From: Takakia lepidozioides
Taxonomy: Eukaryota; Plantae; Bryophyta
Length of the DNA stretch: 64,000 bases
Assembly (NCBI GenBank): GCA_030704615.1
Contig: CM060731.1
Span: 77,500,001 to 77,564,000, forward strand
Direction of reading: 5' to 3'
Shown here: positions 25,301 to 38,054 of the stretch, one piece after another
How positions within the stretch are numbered: the stretch's first letter is position 1
Layout of the letters: each line of letters begins with the position of its first letter
Position numbers and translations under genes: made by a program
Notes under the pieces: model-generated
What the model saw: only the letters and a program-made list of their open reading frames with translations
What the model was told of the DNA's origin: nothing
The model's database searches: none

Positions 25301-26996
25301 GTCCAGATGGCACAGGCATTGGTCCATGACTCCCGTAGTACACCTGGATTACAGGACCCCCCCATCCACTCCTCCCATATCAGTTCAGATCCTCAATCTC
25401 AACGCATTTGCATACATGTGGCTGAATAAATATGCAGCCTGGGGAAAATCTTTTGCATGGGCAGCAGCAAACACCAAATGGAGAGCGGCTGCTGATGAGC
25501 TTGAACAAACAAACGGTGGAACTTCATAATGTCCCCGAGCAACCCAAAAGAGCTTCTGGGATGGACACAGACGGTTACCGATCTCTTTCTTTTTAACCAC
25601 CCCGTCCATATCTCTGCCTAGCGCTCATCCACCCTCTCACTGTGGCATTGGATTGGACAAAAGACTAGACAAACTGAACTCAAAGACAACACTGACTGCT
25701 GGAGGTTGGGGGGGGGAGGATGACTGTGTGACGTAAAGTCAAGGTGCCAGTAGCTTGGCTTCAATGTTGGCACACAAGTGCTGTTTTCCACGCTACCCTT
25801 TCAGTTTGTCAATCAAAGAATCAAAGCTTCAAGGTACGCCCTAAACAGACCTCAGTGCGAGAGCCAACAGATATGCACAGCTCTTCAAGTGCTTGAGCCT
25901 TCTCCGTGACAATGCTTATATCTGTAGGAAGGGGCCATAAAGTTCCAACACTTCCATTCCAACATTTTCGGATCATCTTCTAGAGACAATGACAACATTT
26001 TTGCTTCCCTTGCAATTATGGTGAAATGCAGAACCATTTGCAGAGATCTGCATACTTGGCAAGCCTATCAAATCAACCAGCCCAGTATTGGAGGATACAG
26101 GGTAATATCAAAAGTTGAACTGTCTTGTTTTTCCCAGTGGCAAGCGATAGCCTTCGCAAGAGCAATACCTCTGCCTGAATGACAAAAGATTCCACAGTGA
26201 GTTGTGGAGGTTGGTCTCTGACAGCCCTGCCGGTTCCTCAAAAACGACTGGTGTATTAGGCGATCACACTGTAGAAATTGATGCTCAACAATTCTCCCCC
26301 AGATAACCAACAGAGGATACAGACACAGCTCAGCTTACCACCAATGACTTTCCACCCCCTGCAATCAATCGAAAGGACAAATTGAAGTCAATACAAATGG
26401 TGCTTTCAACCGAATACACACCCTAACCACATACTGAACTGAAATTTACAGATATCACACCTTCTGGTTTGAGTTTTTCCCATTTCTGCCAATAAGATGG
26501 CTGACATCTGCCACCTGAATTTGAAAACAGATGCAGAAAAACCTGTAGTAAAGCACTACCACTGCGTCTTCACATCAAGCTATAAACTTGTCTAAACTGC
26601 AGAGGTTTTACCTGTTGGCACGCTGTAGATGAAGTTGTCCCCATCCTATTCCATAAATAACAAGAAAAAGGGTATCAAGTCCTGTTCCAAGTGATACTCT
26701 CCCGCGATACAGGAAAATGTTCTAGATTCTAAATGCCACATTACTGCACATTTCGATACATTTCGCTGTGGATAATGGCATTAGCGTCGAGGATGACGAA
26801 GGAAGAGTGACCTCATGAACTCACGAATTCATTCCTTTTCCTTTATTGCTGTTACCAAGATTGCACACAAAAAAGGGAAAGAAAGGAAGTGACGTCCAGA
26901 GACGGAGCAAACAGCACCTACAGTACTACAAACTTTTACCAGTATTTTCGGATTGGTGAGGGATTGATACTGCCATTCGTAAAGTTGTGTTACTCC
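19315..26996 (-). CDS. Ski2-like DNA helicase, HELQ/HEL308-like, without polymerase domain; many short exons; 5' end unresolved (may extend to ~27.4 kb)
   Basis: Exons give Q-motif LYEWQ, Walker A YSVPTG/GGKSLV, CTIEKANN, VVDELH, RGAILE, GMSATIPN, IFCPTR, IAYHNGG, CATSTLAAGVNLPARRV, YRQMIGRAGRAG, ARRF..ALIL, RARML-YNAGYK, then a stop ~70 aa later at 19315. Confidence 0.88.
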
Positions 26997-29233
26997 TACA
27001 CAAGAGCGTTTCGTCAATTAATTAAATGCTAGGTCTGAGACTGTACATCCACCTGTGATTTTGTGACGGAGATAATCGTGAGTGGTTTAACGAAGAGACT
27101 ACTGAGCATGTAGGAGGTGACAAAGAGCCGAAGTTAGCGTAATTAATAGCCTCTTCCCCTTGCGGATACCGCTCCTTTCGGGGTTGGGCAAAGCAAGTAG
27201 GAAGTGAGAGAATGATCTCAAGGTAATAGCTACATCTCTCGGGGCAGCTTTGGAGGTTTCTTTGGATTTGATGCAGCTCCGACGATTTTGACTATACATC
27301 CTTACAGTTGAGACACGTGACACAAGTTCCTAATAACATATCTGAACCCTAAATTGCGATGGATGGAGGTCCATTTCAGAAGATTATTCTAGCAGCAGCT
27401 ACCAGAACCTTAGTTACAGGTGTTCAAGCAACACCGAAATTGAAAGCGGAATGAAATCATGGCCAACGACACAATGAAGAGATAGACACGAATAGCGCTG
27501 CCGGTAACATAGAAGAGCTACGACATCTCCTAATTTCATACTGGAGCCACGAAATCCCCTTGGATGTAGATCGATTTCAGACGATTTCAGCTAGATTTAT
27601 TCCTTCAAGAGAAGCATACAGAACTCTAGATGCTTACTTTCCAGCAGCACACAAATTGCAACCAGGATGTCAGTATAGCCAACGTGGTGATACAGGGCTA
27701 GAGACACCAACCACGCGCAGCGTACAATTCCTGAACAGCAAGAGGAAGCCCGAATTCCTTTGCAACGAACGGAACAGATGCATTAGAATGCGAGGTCTGT
27801 CCAGCATCCATGGTGACACAAACCACGGATTGGTGCGCCACACACTCACCACAGGAAATCGTCCTCGCTCGGGCGTGATCTTCAAAAGCAAAAGAGGCGC
27901 CAAAACCACAGCCGATTGATGAATGCTTTACGCGTCATCCATAACTGGAGCATTCGTTCACAACGATGACAAATACGTGAAGAATTTATCTACATTCGTC
28001 CCTCCACATTCGTCCCTCTATGAGGATATAGTGATGGATGAATGTCGGTGGCATTCATGCGGCAAACCGTGATTATAAGATGCCAGATGAAATTCGATAA
28101 TTCCAAAGTCCTATACGTCTGCAGTGGCCTGTTCAACGGTCTAGTACCCATAGAATATTGTTAAACCAATTTGAACTACCTAGTCACTTACATCCTAACA
28201 TGGTTTTTCACGTACTGGCTGCAATAACAATTTATATAAGGTTTGGTAATTAGACTTATAGGGTGGAACCATTATTACAAGAGTAGCCGCTATTTGAGTC
28301 ATGCATATAATGTGGAGACATAACGTATAAAGTTGAGATTGTCGAGTAACGTGGGAATGAGAGCATACTAGCTAACGGTTGCTTGGGCGAGTAAAGTAGT
28401 AGGGTCTACATTACTCTGAGCAGAAGCTTATCTCCACTTAAGTAACTGGACTTGCAATGTGCATTCTATATGTTCAAATAATTATTACTGTGCCAGTGTT
28501 ATTTCCCAGAAATATTACACTTGGCATGATTACATTGGACAAACCCTCCTTCCGAACTCCACCCTTTCTATATTATTCCGATACCTACATCATTGGGAAG
28601 ACATATCATAATCATTCATTCTTCTGTTATTATATAGGTGTACATTTTGGTACTTTATTCGATCGAAATAACGATTTTCGAAAAAGAAAAGAAAAATAAA
28701 GAGAATTAAAGGTGACGGTGTAATTGGTGTGAATAGATGGACGGTGACGTGAAGCAATGGACGGTCACGTAAGGCTAGCATTCGAATTACGTAGTACAGA
28801 TCCGAGGTTCAAATCTGTGCTTAACGGGGCTGTCACAAAATTAAGTGCGCAGAGTGTTATTGAGAGCAGTATGATTATTGCAAGGAAATGAACGGGATAA
28901 GAGGCCATCATGAAGCAACGACGAGCACGACCACCGGCTGCCATAATCGGTAACCAAAACTGCTCGTACGCCGCGGTGGGACATTCAAGTTGAGAAAGGC
29001 ATGTGAGCCTGCGGATGCTTGTAGATTGTGACTCACTTTGGCTGCTATTTCTTGGAGGCCAAGTTCTGGGATTACGCTTTGGACTGTCGGCAGGGGGTTG
29101 CGGGCTATGGAAATCTGTAGCGGATTGTGTGGTATATAGCATAGGGGAGGAGTGCTCAAATTCCATGATCAGACAGCAGAGTTCATCGGGAGGATTCTTG
29201 CAGGGGGAGTTCAGGCATTGTAAGCCGGTTGCA

Positions 29234-32200
29234 ATGGGTTTGAATTGGCAAGCAGCGGTGGTTTCTCTGTTTGTTGTGTGTGCGCTGCAACTAGAAGCAG
29301 GCACACTCGGGCAATCCTTACAATATGCTTGCGACTTCCAGAGCGGTCCAAATCTCCGGAATATGGCTTTCTGTAACACATCCCTTCCTGACAGGGACCG
29401 TGTGATTGATCTGCTGTCTCGACTCACGTTGGAAGAGAAGATTACACAGCTTGTCAACAATGCAGAAAATGTGTCGAGATTGGGGTTGCCTGCCTACTCA
29501 TGGTGGCAGGAAGGATTGCATGGAGTGGCGCACGTGAGTTTTGAGGGTTCTCTCCCGGCCGCGACCAGTTTCCCCCTGCCTATATTGACTACAGCATCGT
29601 TTAATACCACTCTTTGGAACCAGATTGGCCAGGTATGTGCTGCACTCTCTGTCGTGTAGAGTAGACCCTGTTTAGATATTCAACTAATTTTAAGGGGATG
29701 ATCATTGTTCACTATTGCTAAGTTGAATCTTATATGAGAATATGCGGAGTGTCCCGTCACTTACTGGCGGCTCGAACCTCGATTAGTATTGAGATAATTA
29801 AGATAGTGAGTGCAGGTAAAATTTCAAAATATCGGGCCTTCGAAATCTTACATGTGCGAGACGATCACGTCGACCTCTCAGCTTCCCATGAGCTCGGAGC
29901 ATCCTTGCGCAAGATGAAATGAATATAATGTCAATCAATGAATCTCTGATAATGCCAAGTGCTAAACTCTGTGAAGTTCTTGTCTTACTGAGGTGGGTCT
30001 CTGTTTGAAAGTTGTGGTCTGTTTAAGACAACTGGCATCAGAACACCTTCACTGTACTGGAAACAGGCGGGCTCGAAAAGGAAGCTTCTCTTATTGCTAT
30101 ACTCGTAACGACTAACGACCTACTATGGTGCTGTGATTCCTAACTTTCATACAGGTTACACATGTCCCTAAAATGAACTTGTACACATATATATACTAGA
30201 AACTCCAGTTTTGCCAGACTTAGAACTATACTTATATTAAGATTTCCAAGTCCTGCAATGTGATTTTTAATTTCGCAATGTCAACTGATGCTTACTCTCG
30301 CTGAAGCCTACAACTGTGCTCTCTCCAAATCTTGCCCGCGTAATATCTCCATCTTGTCGTCTCGGAGAGAAAAGAACTGGGATAGCCTCGAGCACGCATA
30401 CGATCACAGAACAAACGTCTGATCTCGCAGAAGCCTACATGACAATCTAACCCACCCACTGAGGAACTGCCTCCACGTCATCTAAAGCCTTGCAGCATTG
30501 CAATGAACAGTTTGTACTTGTTCACCAGATATGATCCACCACTCTCTCTCTCTCAAAATCTAAAATCACATTCTGATGTACATATAAACATCATGTTCAT
30601 AAGTCTTTCTACTGTTGCATGCGCAGGCTGTGTCAACAGAAGCCAGGGCTTTCTACAACTCAGGAATAGCCGGCCTGACATACTGGTCTCCAGTAATCAA
30701 CATTGTCCGAGATCCAAGGTGGGGAAGAGTCCAAGAAACGTCTGGAGAAGATCCAACACTCACAAGCTCTTATGCAACGTACTTTGTAAGGGGCATGCAG
30801 GAGGGCGATTATGGAGACACTAGCAGCTCACCAACTTCCGGGCCGAATGATTTCAGTGTCACTGGCCCCAGCAGGATGAAGGTTTCAGCATGCTGCAAGC
30901 ATTTCACAGCATATGATCTTGACAACTGGAAGGGCATAGACCGATATCATTTTGATGCTCAGGTATTCACACTTCTTCATGTAGCTGAATACCAACCATT
31001 GATTGCTCTACCTCGTAGTAGAAACTTTGATTTACGTATGATGTACAAAGAGATCTCTTCCTCAATCTAGTCGAGATTTGAACAGTGCTAAATTGTACAT
31101 ACGTATAACTTAGTTCCTAGACAACGAACATGTCGTGTACTGTATATGGACGCCATTAATTTACAACCAAGGCCTCAATATGTATCGGGCGGATTCGACC
31201 AGCTTGACGAGGCTTGGACAGGTCTAGATTTTATGAACCATGCTCAAAAGTGGATTTCAATCATCTTGCACGATGAAGATAGTGCTGACAGTCACAAGAT
31301 TGACTATCACCTAGAGCTGATTGCTTGTTTTTGACGAGGGTCATGGGCGAAACTCCCTCGCTGAGCAGGATAACCATGTGATTGCAGGTCACTCAACAAG
31401 ATCTCGCGGACACCTACAATCCACCTTTTAAGAGTTGCGTTCAAGATGGTCGATCAAGCAGCCTCATGTGTTCTTACAACAGGGTGAATGGAGTTCCCAC
31501 CTGTGCCGACTATACTTTCCTTACAGAGACAGTTCGCAACAGTTGGGGTTTGGATGGGTAAGTAGTGAATTCAACAACAATGTCTAGTGTAATCGTAGAC
31601 CTTTGCCGCCGGGGCGTTGCCTGAGTAGCTAGTCGTTTGAGAGTAATTTGCCAATCTTATACACAGTCTGAAGAATGGAGCTGTTAGATCATGGTACTAT
31701 CAAACTAACTACATGTTTACATTACAGGCGTTCTGATATGCCACTCCAGAGTGTTAGCCTAGTGCTAGAGTTTTTTGTATCCGGTAGGTTGAGAGTAGAT
31801 TCTACAGCATGATCAAGGTTTTCAATCCAATCAATTTTCGTCACTCATTTTGAAACTTGAGTTGCATGCACTATACTATGAATTTGTTACCGTACGTTTA
31901 ATTCGGTACTGTGACCAGTCACTACTGTTCTGTATTCTACCTAGCAATGCTATGGACATTCCAGTTAACACATTCTTACACACAATATGTATGTGACAGG
32001 TACATTGTGTCAGACTGTGATGCAGTTCAGGTCATGTATGAATCAATCCGGTATACACCTACCCCTGAAGATGCTGTAGCCGATGCCCTGAATGCAGGTA
32101 TTGATATGTTCCATGTGCACTAATCCTGTCTGTCAATGTAGCTATATCTGTGGCTCGAGGTTTTGTTTGCTTTATGTTGTTTTATGTTGTCCCTCGGAGC

Positions 32201-35163
32201 ATGTAGGCCTACCGTGGACAATGGATTTCTCTTTCTCCCTTTTCTTTCATTGTCTCCATATAGGTCAGATCCGTAGCTCCCAGGGGGACCCTGCCATATT
32301 CCCAGCCTTTATCAACCGCCACTTTTATGATTTGTGCTGTCTTGGCACCTCTGCCGAGCCGGTCGGAGTCTTGTTTTCGTAGTTGTCCTGTCACAGTCCT
32401 ACCTCTTTTTGCTGCCTTCGTGTCCACTGTTGTTGCTGGCGACATTGCCTTTCGTATCTATAGTATATTTTATGTCAGAGATTCCGGAACTCTTTGTCTC
32501 TCCACTTTGGTTGTGCATCTGTAGGTTCGCAAACAGCTCGCTGAGCAGGATTATTATCAAAAACTGGGTGATTCATTGTCCACAAGAAGTATATGACGAC
32601 CTCGTGCCATCTTATGCATTAGTTTTCATGTCTAAACAAGGAACTTCCAGATATTTTTATAATTGAGCCTTGGTTCCAATCGACGTCATGGACCACTGTG
32701 CATCCAGGTTTGGATCTCAACTGTGGATCATATTTTTCACAATATACTGAATCCGCAATCGACATGAGGAAAGTCGATGAGTCAAGGGTTGACAACGCAC
32801 TCTTCAACCTCTTTTCTGTTCGTATGCGGCTTGGAATGTTTGACGGAAATCCAACAAATCTGCAATATGGCTCGCTAGGGCCAAGTGATGTTTGCACTGA
32901 TGTGCATGAGGACCTTGCTGTCGAGGCTGCAAGGCAGGGCATTGTTCTTTTGAAGAATGATGCAAATACCCTCCCCTTGGCTCGTAGCAGTAACCTGACA
33001 TTGGCAGTCATTGGCCCAAATGCAAATGCATCTCAAACAATGCTTGGAAACTATGAAGGTGTGTACCTAGACTTACTTTGTACTTCGTTCGTAAGTCTCC
33101 CAATATTTCTACGAGTCTTCACTTACTACGTCTTTTATTTCATTTCATACTTTATGAACTGCATTGGCTTGCCATATCAATTTCCATACTGCCCTAGCCT
33201 TCCCCGATCCGCCCGACTAGTTACCTCAAGTCCATGGCTGCACATTTCGTTCCTTCCTCTTTCACTACGTTCTTGTCACAACTGTCTCTTGAGAAACCCC
33301 TATTCGCGGTGTGAGTGAGCAAGATCGCTATGCGCTCACAATTCTGAAGCAATGATTGGCTGTGTGCAGGCATACCCTGCAAATACATCACTCCGCTTCA
33401 GGGACTTGCAGAAATAGGGGTTGGGGACTACGACAGGGTTTTCTATGCACCTGGGTGTTCTGATGCCACTTGTGATCAGGACGAAGATCTCATCGCCTCT
33501 GCCACGGATGCAGCGTCAAAAGCGGATGCTGTTGTTCTAGTTGTGGGGCTGACCCAGGTGCAAGAAACAGAAGGGCAAGACAGGACCAGCTTACTTTTAC
33601 CTGGTAGCCAGCAATATCTGATCTCTGCTGTCGCAGGCAATGCCAGCGGATGCCCGGTAGTGCTTGTGATTATGTCAGCGGGACCCGTGGATATATCATT
33701 TGCAAAGGATGACAGCCGAATCCAAAGCATTTTGTGGGTGGGTTACCCTGGTCAGGCGGGAGGCCAGGCCATAGCTGAGATCATCTTTGGTGACCATAAT
33801 CCAGGTACTTAAGTCAGCTTGCAACATATGGAGAGTGAAATATGTCGTGTGATGGGAAAAGGAAAAGGTGAGCAGTACTCAATTTGTTTGCCCTTAAGCA
33901 ACCAAAGCAATGGGTGAGGGTAAACATTTGATCTGTCGAACAGTGGGGTTCCTTTCTCTGGGACCTTCACGAAGAGGGAAAAGATGCAGCCACAAAATTG
34001 TGCATCCTGAAGGATCCATAAAGCACCGCATCCAAGCCTCCAAGACAGCTCAGTAATAGTGGTCTTTGCCCCAGTTTCATAAATGATATAAGTAAGTTGC
34101 CTTTCCAGCATTTGACACGTACATAATGATGTACCTTTCATGCCTGACATGATTGGTAATCTTCCAGACCTCATGATTGGAAATTTCTTGTCTGCATTGG
34201 GAATTGGAAACCTTCAGTGTCTCCAGAGATTCAGGGAGATCTTGCTTCTATTGCTTCTCTCTTTGAGATGAGGCACGGAGTAAAATTCCTGACTTCTGGC
34301 TTCTTGCTGCAGGAGGGAGAGTACCAGTCTCATGGTACCCAGAGGAATACACAGAATTAGACATGACGGATATGAGGATGCGTCCTGACTATTCGACAGG
34401 ATACCCAGGTCGCACCTACCGTTTCTACACAGGAGAAACAATATATGAATTTGGGTATGGCCTAAGCTACTCCACTTTCACACATTCATTTGCATCAGCA
34501 CCATCTACTCTGGATGCTCCAACCTTACAGCAGCAGCTCTGTAATCCCCATGAGTCTTTCACAAGGGCGGGACTTGAGTGTTCTGAAGAAGATACAGGTG
34601 ATCTACCCCAGATGGAAGGCTTGGATGTTTGGTACTTCGTGAATGTCGTACACTTTGATTACTGCCATGGAGACAAGCTTTGGATAAGACGTGCTCAAAT
34701 CATAGATAACTGTGTTAAAGTGAAAAGATGTCAAGATATTTGCTTTATTGGTTTTTTTGGAGCTTGAAAGATCTGCCTTTATTTGTCAATGAATTTTTTG
34801 ATCTTTTGACTGGCATCAGGTACCTGTGAGAAAAACACTTTTACAGTCAGTGTGACCGTTCAAAATGAGGGCCCTATGGATGGTAAACACTCTGTACTTT
34901 TATTCTCCACACCTCCTACAGCTGGAGTTGATGGAGCTCCATTGAAGCAGCTGCTGGCGTTTCAACTAGTGCACTTGAGTGCAGGCATGCAGCGTGAGCT
35001 TGTATTCAACATCAATTCCTGCGGACATCTCAGCACAGTGAAGGAGGATGGCACTCGCACATTGGATGTTGGCGAGCACATACTTAGGATCGGGGACGCC
35101 AAGCACTCCATCACCCTAGTGAGTGCTGATACGTCCACAGCTAATTCTCCTTCTGGTGCCTAA
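29234..35163 (+). CDS. Beta-D-xylosidase / alpha-L-arabinofuranosidase, glycoside hydrolase family 3 (BXL-like), 8 exons
   Basis: Signal peptide; [61 protein letters not shown]. Exons 29234-29632, 30627-30962, 31388-31557, 32000-32097, 32708-33058, 33370-33804, 34313-34597 and 34820-35163, all GT-AG. Confidence 0.95.
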
Positions 35164-35731
35164 TAGGTTGAGCAAATGTCTCATTATTTTCTCTTACAAG
35201 CCCCAAAGTACTCCTTTAGTCAAGAGAGCATGATAATGACTTCAGTGTAGTGCAGATTGAATAAGGTTGTGAGGAACATTCACAGCCCCATTCAGGTCCA
35301 GGGTTTTGGCAGCATAGTAATCAACCTGAGCAGCTTGCCAATCCCTGAAAAGGAATCTGTGTTATTGCCTTAGGAATGTAGAGTAGATTCAATTGTTGGC
35401 TTCATAAATTTCCCACTCTTGGGTTTACTACATGTCCATTGAGATTCTTTCTAATGGCTATTCCAGCCATGGCTTCCATCCTACCATTATTTTACCAATA
35501 AATTTCTCCATTTACACCAGTGCACCAGATGCCTCTCATTCTACAGTTTCAAGTTGCATAAACTACATGCATCAGTGCGCGAGGTTGAGTGCTTTGGTAG
35601 AGTTGTTGATCTTGGTTGACCATGTGGCATGTAAGCTCCATGGATTGGCAATCACCTTAACTGAAGATATTCCTCTACAATATCGTCTGTAATTTGTTAT
35701 ACACAATGGGATCGAACTGTTGTAACTGTGC

Positions 35732-36827
35732 TCAAACCCGGATACTAAAGGTTGGATTGAATGTAAAGACTGCCTTAACATCTAGGATAGTACTCCCACC
35801 GTCGGGTCTACATGGGAGAATGCTCCAGGATCTCCATGAGAAGTCAAAGAGTATGGTTGCATTAGAGCCAGATTTTGAGACATAGATTAAGTCCCCGTGC
35901 CCAACACACATCAACGTTGGGGCTGGCACAATTTTGTGGAAGAAGGCTTCGACCTCCGCTTTCAGGGGCGCTGCCTCCACCTTTCTCCACTGTGTTCTCA
36001 GATGATCAAGCTCCATCAACCTTTGTTGACTTGCCAATGGGACCCACCAGTAGAATATCCCCGTCTCGCGCAACCAGGCTGGGAGTAGTTGAGAAAAAAG
36101 GTATGTTTGGCAGAACGTTGCTCCACTCATTGGTCAATTCATTGTAGGCTCTCACTTGGCTTGCACAACACTGCACATAGTGGAAACTTCCATCCCAGAA
36201 AGTGCACTGCTTTTGAACCCCATATACCTCCTGAGGTAGATTGCCGCCGACCTTCCAGCTATGTGTTGATGAATCATAGAGATGGGTCTTCATGGCCTCA
36301 TCATCTCCAAAGGTAAGAATCTGCCCTGCCAAGATAAGTTTGTATGTCCTAGAGCTTTTGTCCACATGCATCCCACAAACCAAAGGCGGTTTCGCAGGTC
36401 GGTTGTGAGGGAAAGGGGGAAGCTGTTTCCAGGTGTTGGCAATGGGGTTGAGAACTATGAACTTGACATCTTTGTTGGGAGAAGAGAAACCAGTCATGAA
36501 GCACAGAAGCCCTCCATCTGCTGCAATCGGGAATATGTCACCCGGGGGCTTCCACAGATGTAGTGAAGGGAAATTTGGCCTAAGGTTACACAGAGGAAGG
36601 TGATACCACTTGCACAAAGTAGGACTAAAAGTTGCCAGAGATGCCTTCTTGGGATCCACAGATGGGAACACCAGATATGGCCTTTCACTCTCATTGCCTA
36701 GCCTGTTGCAAGGAAGGGAGCTCCACTTCTTGCACACACACTGCATGAGACATAGTATCGGAACAGGCAGCCTCTCCACTAAAATCTCCTCGAGGAGTTC
36801 ATTCCACAACGTTGTACTGGTATTCAT
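35732..36827 (-). CDS. Intronless F-box protein with beta-propeller (kelch/FBA-like) C-terminus; frameshift near 36015-36050
   Basis: F-box LLEEILVERLPVP.L..MQCVCKKW, AADGGLLCF and VLNPIANTWKQLPP. The C-terminal CVGHGDLIY...FTFNPTF is in a second frame. Confidence 0.8.
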
Positions 36828-38054
36828 GATCTTCTGTGGACAAGCCCAGAGACAAAAAGAACAAGGTAAAGCCCGAACAGAATGGCAAAGAGAGCGAAAG
36901 AGACAGACAGCAACTTGTACTGCATATCCATCGAGACTGATCGTCTCACCCTGCTTTCGCGACGCAGGTGATTACATGAAACCCTCTCCAAGAGAATCCA
37001 GTTGCTGTCTGTCTGTTGGCCGTTGACGGCTGCACTGGGTGGTGACTGGTGACGGAGGTTTCAGTTGTAGTGCTTCACTTCTGTTTGGAAACCAAGTGGG
37101 GGTGCTTCATCAGAGTGCTTCATATGAATAAAATTGATAGAATCATCTATTGACCCGGATGAAGGTATCATACATTGATGTTTGCGCTCATTCTTTCACT
37201 TACAGACCCATGCAATAACCCAACCTCACCCATCTCTGCATGCACTAAACAATTGTGGGCACTCTTCCAAACAAATGACAGTAACCAACTGCTTGTTGAG
37301 CTTAAAAGTCTAGTTTGTAATCTGCGGAGAGTTTTAGAAGAGACAGCAGGGAAACATGTCCTTTGTACATAGACCTTGGTAATGCAGTCACGAAGTTTTA
37401 ATACTTCTTCTGCTTCCGTAATACATTCTCCCGCTTGTCCATCGTAGTAAGAACTAGCAGGTAACCCAATTCAATCAAAACCCGGATAGGTAGAGTCCAA
37501 AGAATTGATTGGAGTGACTGTTTCCCAATTATGACCTTTTTGGTCCAACAGGTCTAGACAATTGTCACCATGCCTCAATTGGCACTCTGTACACATGAAA
37601 GATACCAAGTTTTCAAGGAAGAAGGTAGCATGGGGTCATTGACAAACGGCCCATGTTGCCGGACTTTTCTTTTCACCAAAAGCTTGCTCGCTTTATGGAA
37701 ATAACGGTCAAGATGCTCAGCACGTCTGATGATGCAGACAGTCATAAAAGATTAAACGTTCCAACTCCCAGAGCAAGCCCATGGCAACGTGGGCTGTGTG
37801 GAAACAAGGGTCCAGCCATTGCGACCAGAACCTAAAATATGGGTCAATGTGACCCTAACAGATAAGACTCTGTACACTGTGAAGACACCGAGTTCATGAG
37901 GGAAGGGTCCATGCTACTGGCTCTCTGTTCCCTCTTTCACCGAGGTTCATTTCTGTGCTCATTTCCCAGCACCATTCTGGCACTAGGCTTTTCAAAGCAT
38001 CATGGACACTTTTGATGGCTACATAAAGCACCAGAAAAGACCAAATGTGATGGA

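Noticed and set aside
25385-25609. 74-aa ORF inside a helicase intron
   Set aside because: The flanking helicase exons join without it and no homology was recognised.
28765-29460. 231-aa minus-strand ORF
   Set aside because: Antisense shadow of xylosidase exon 1 and its upstream region; no recognisable motif.
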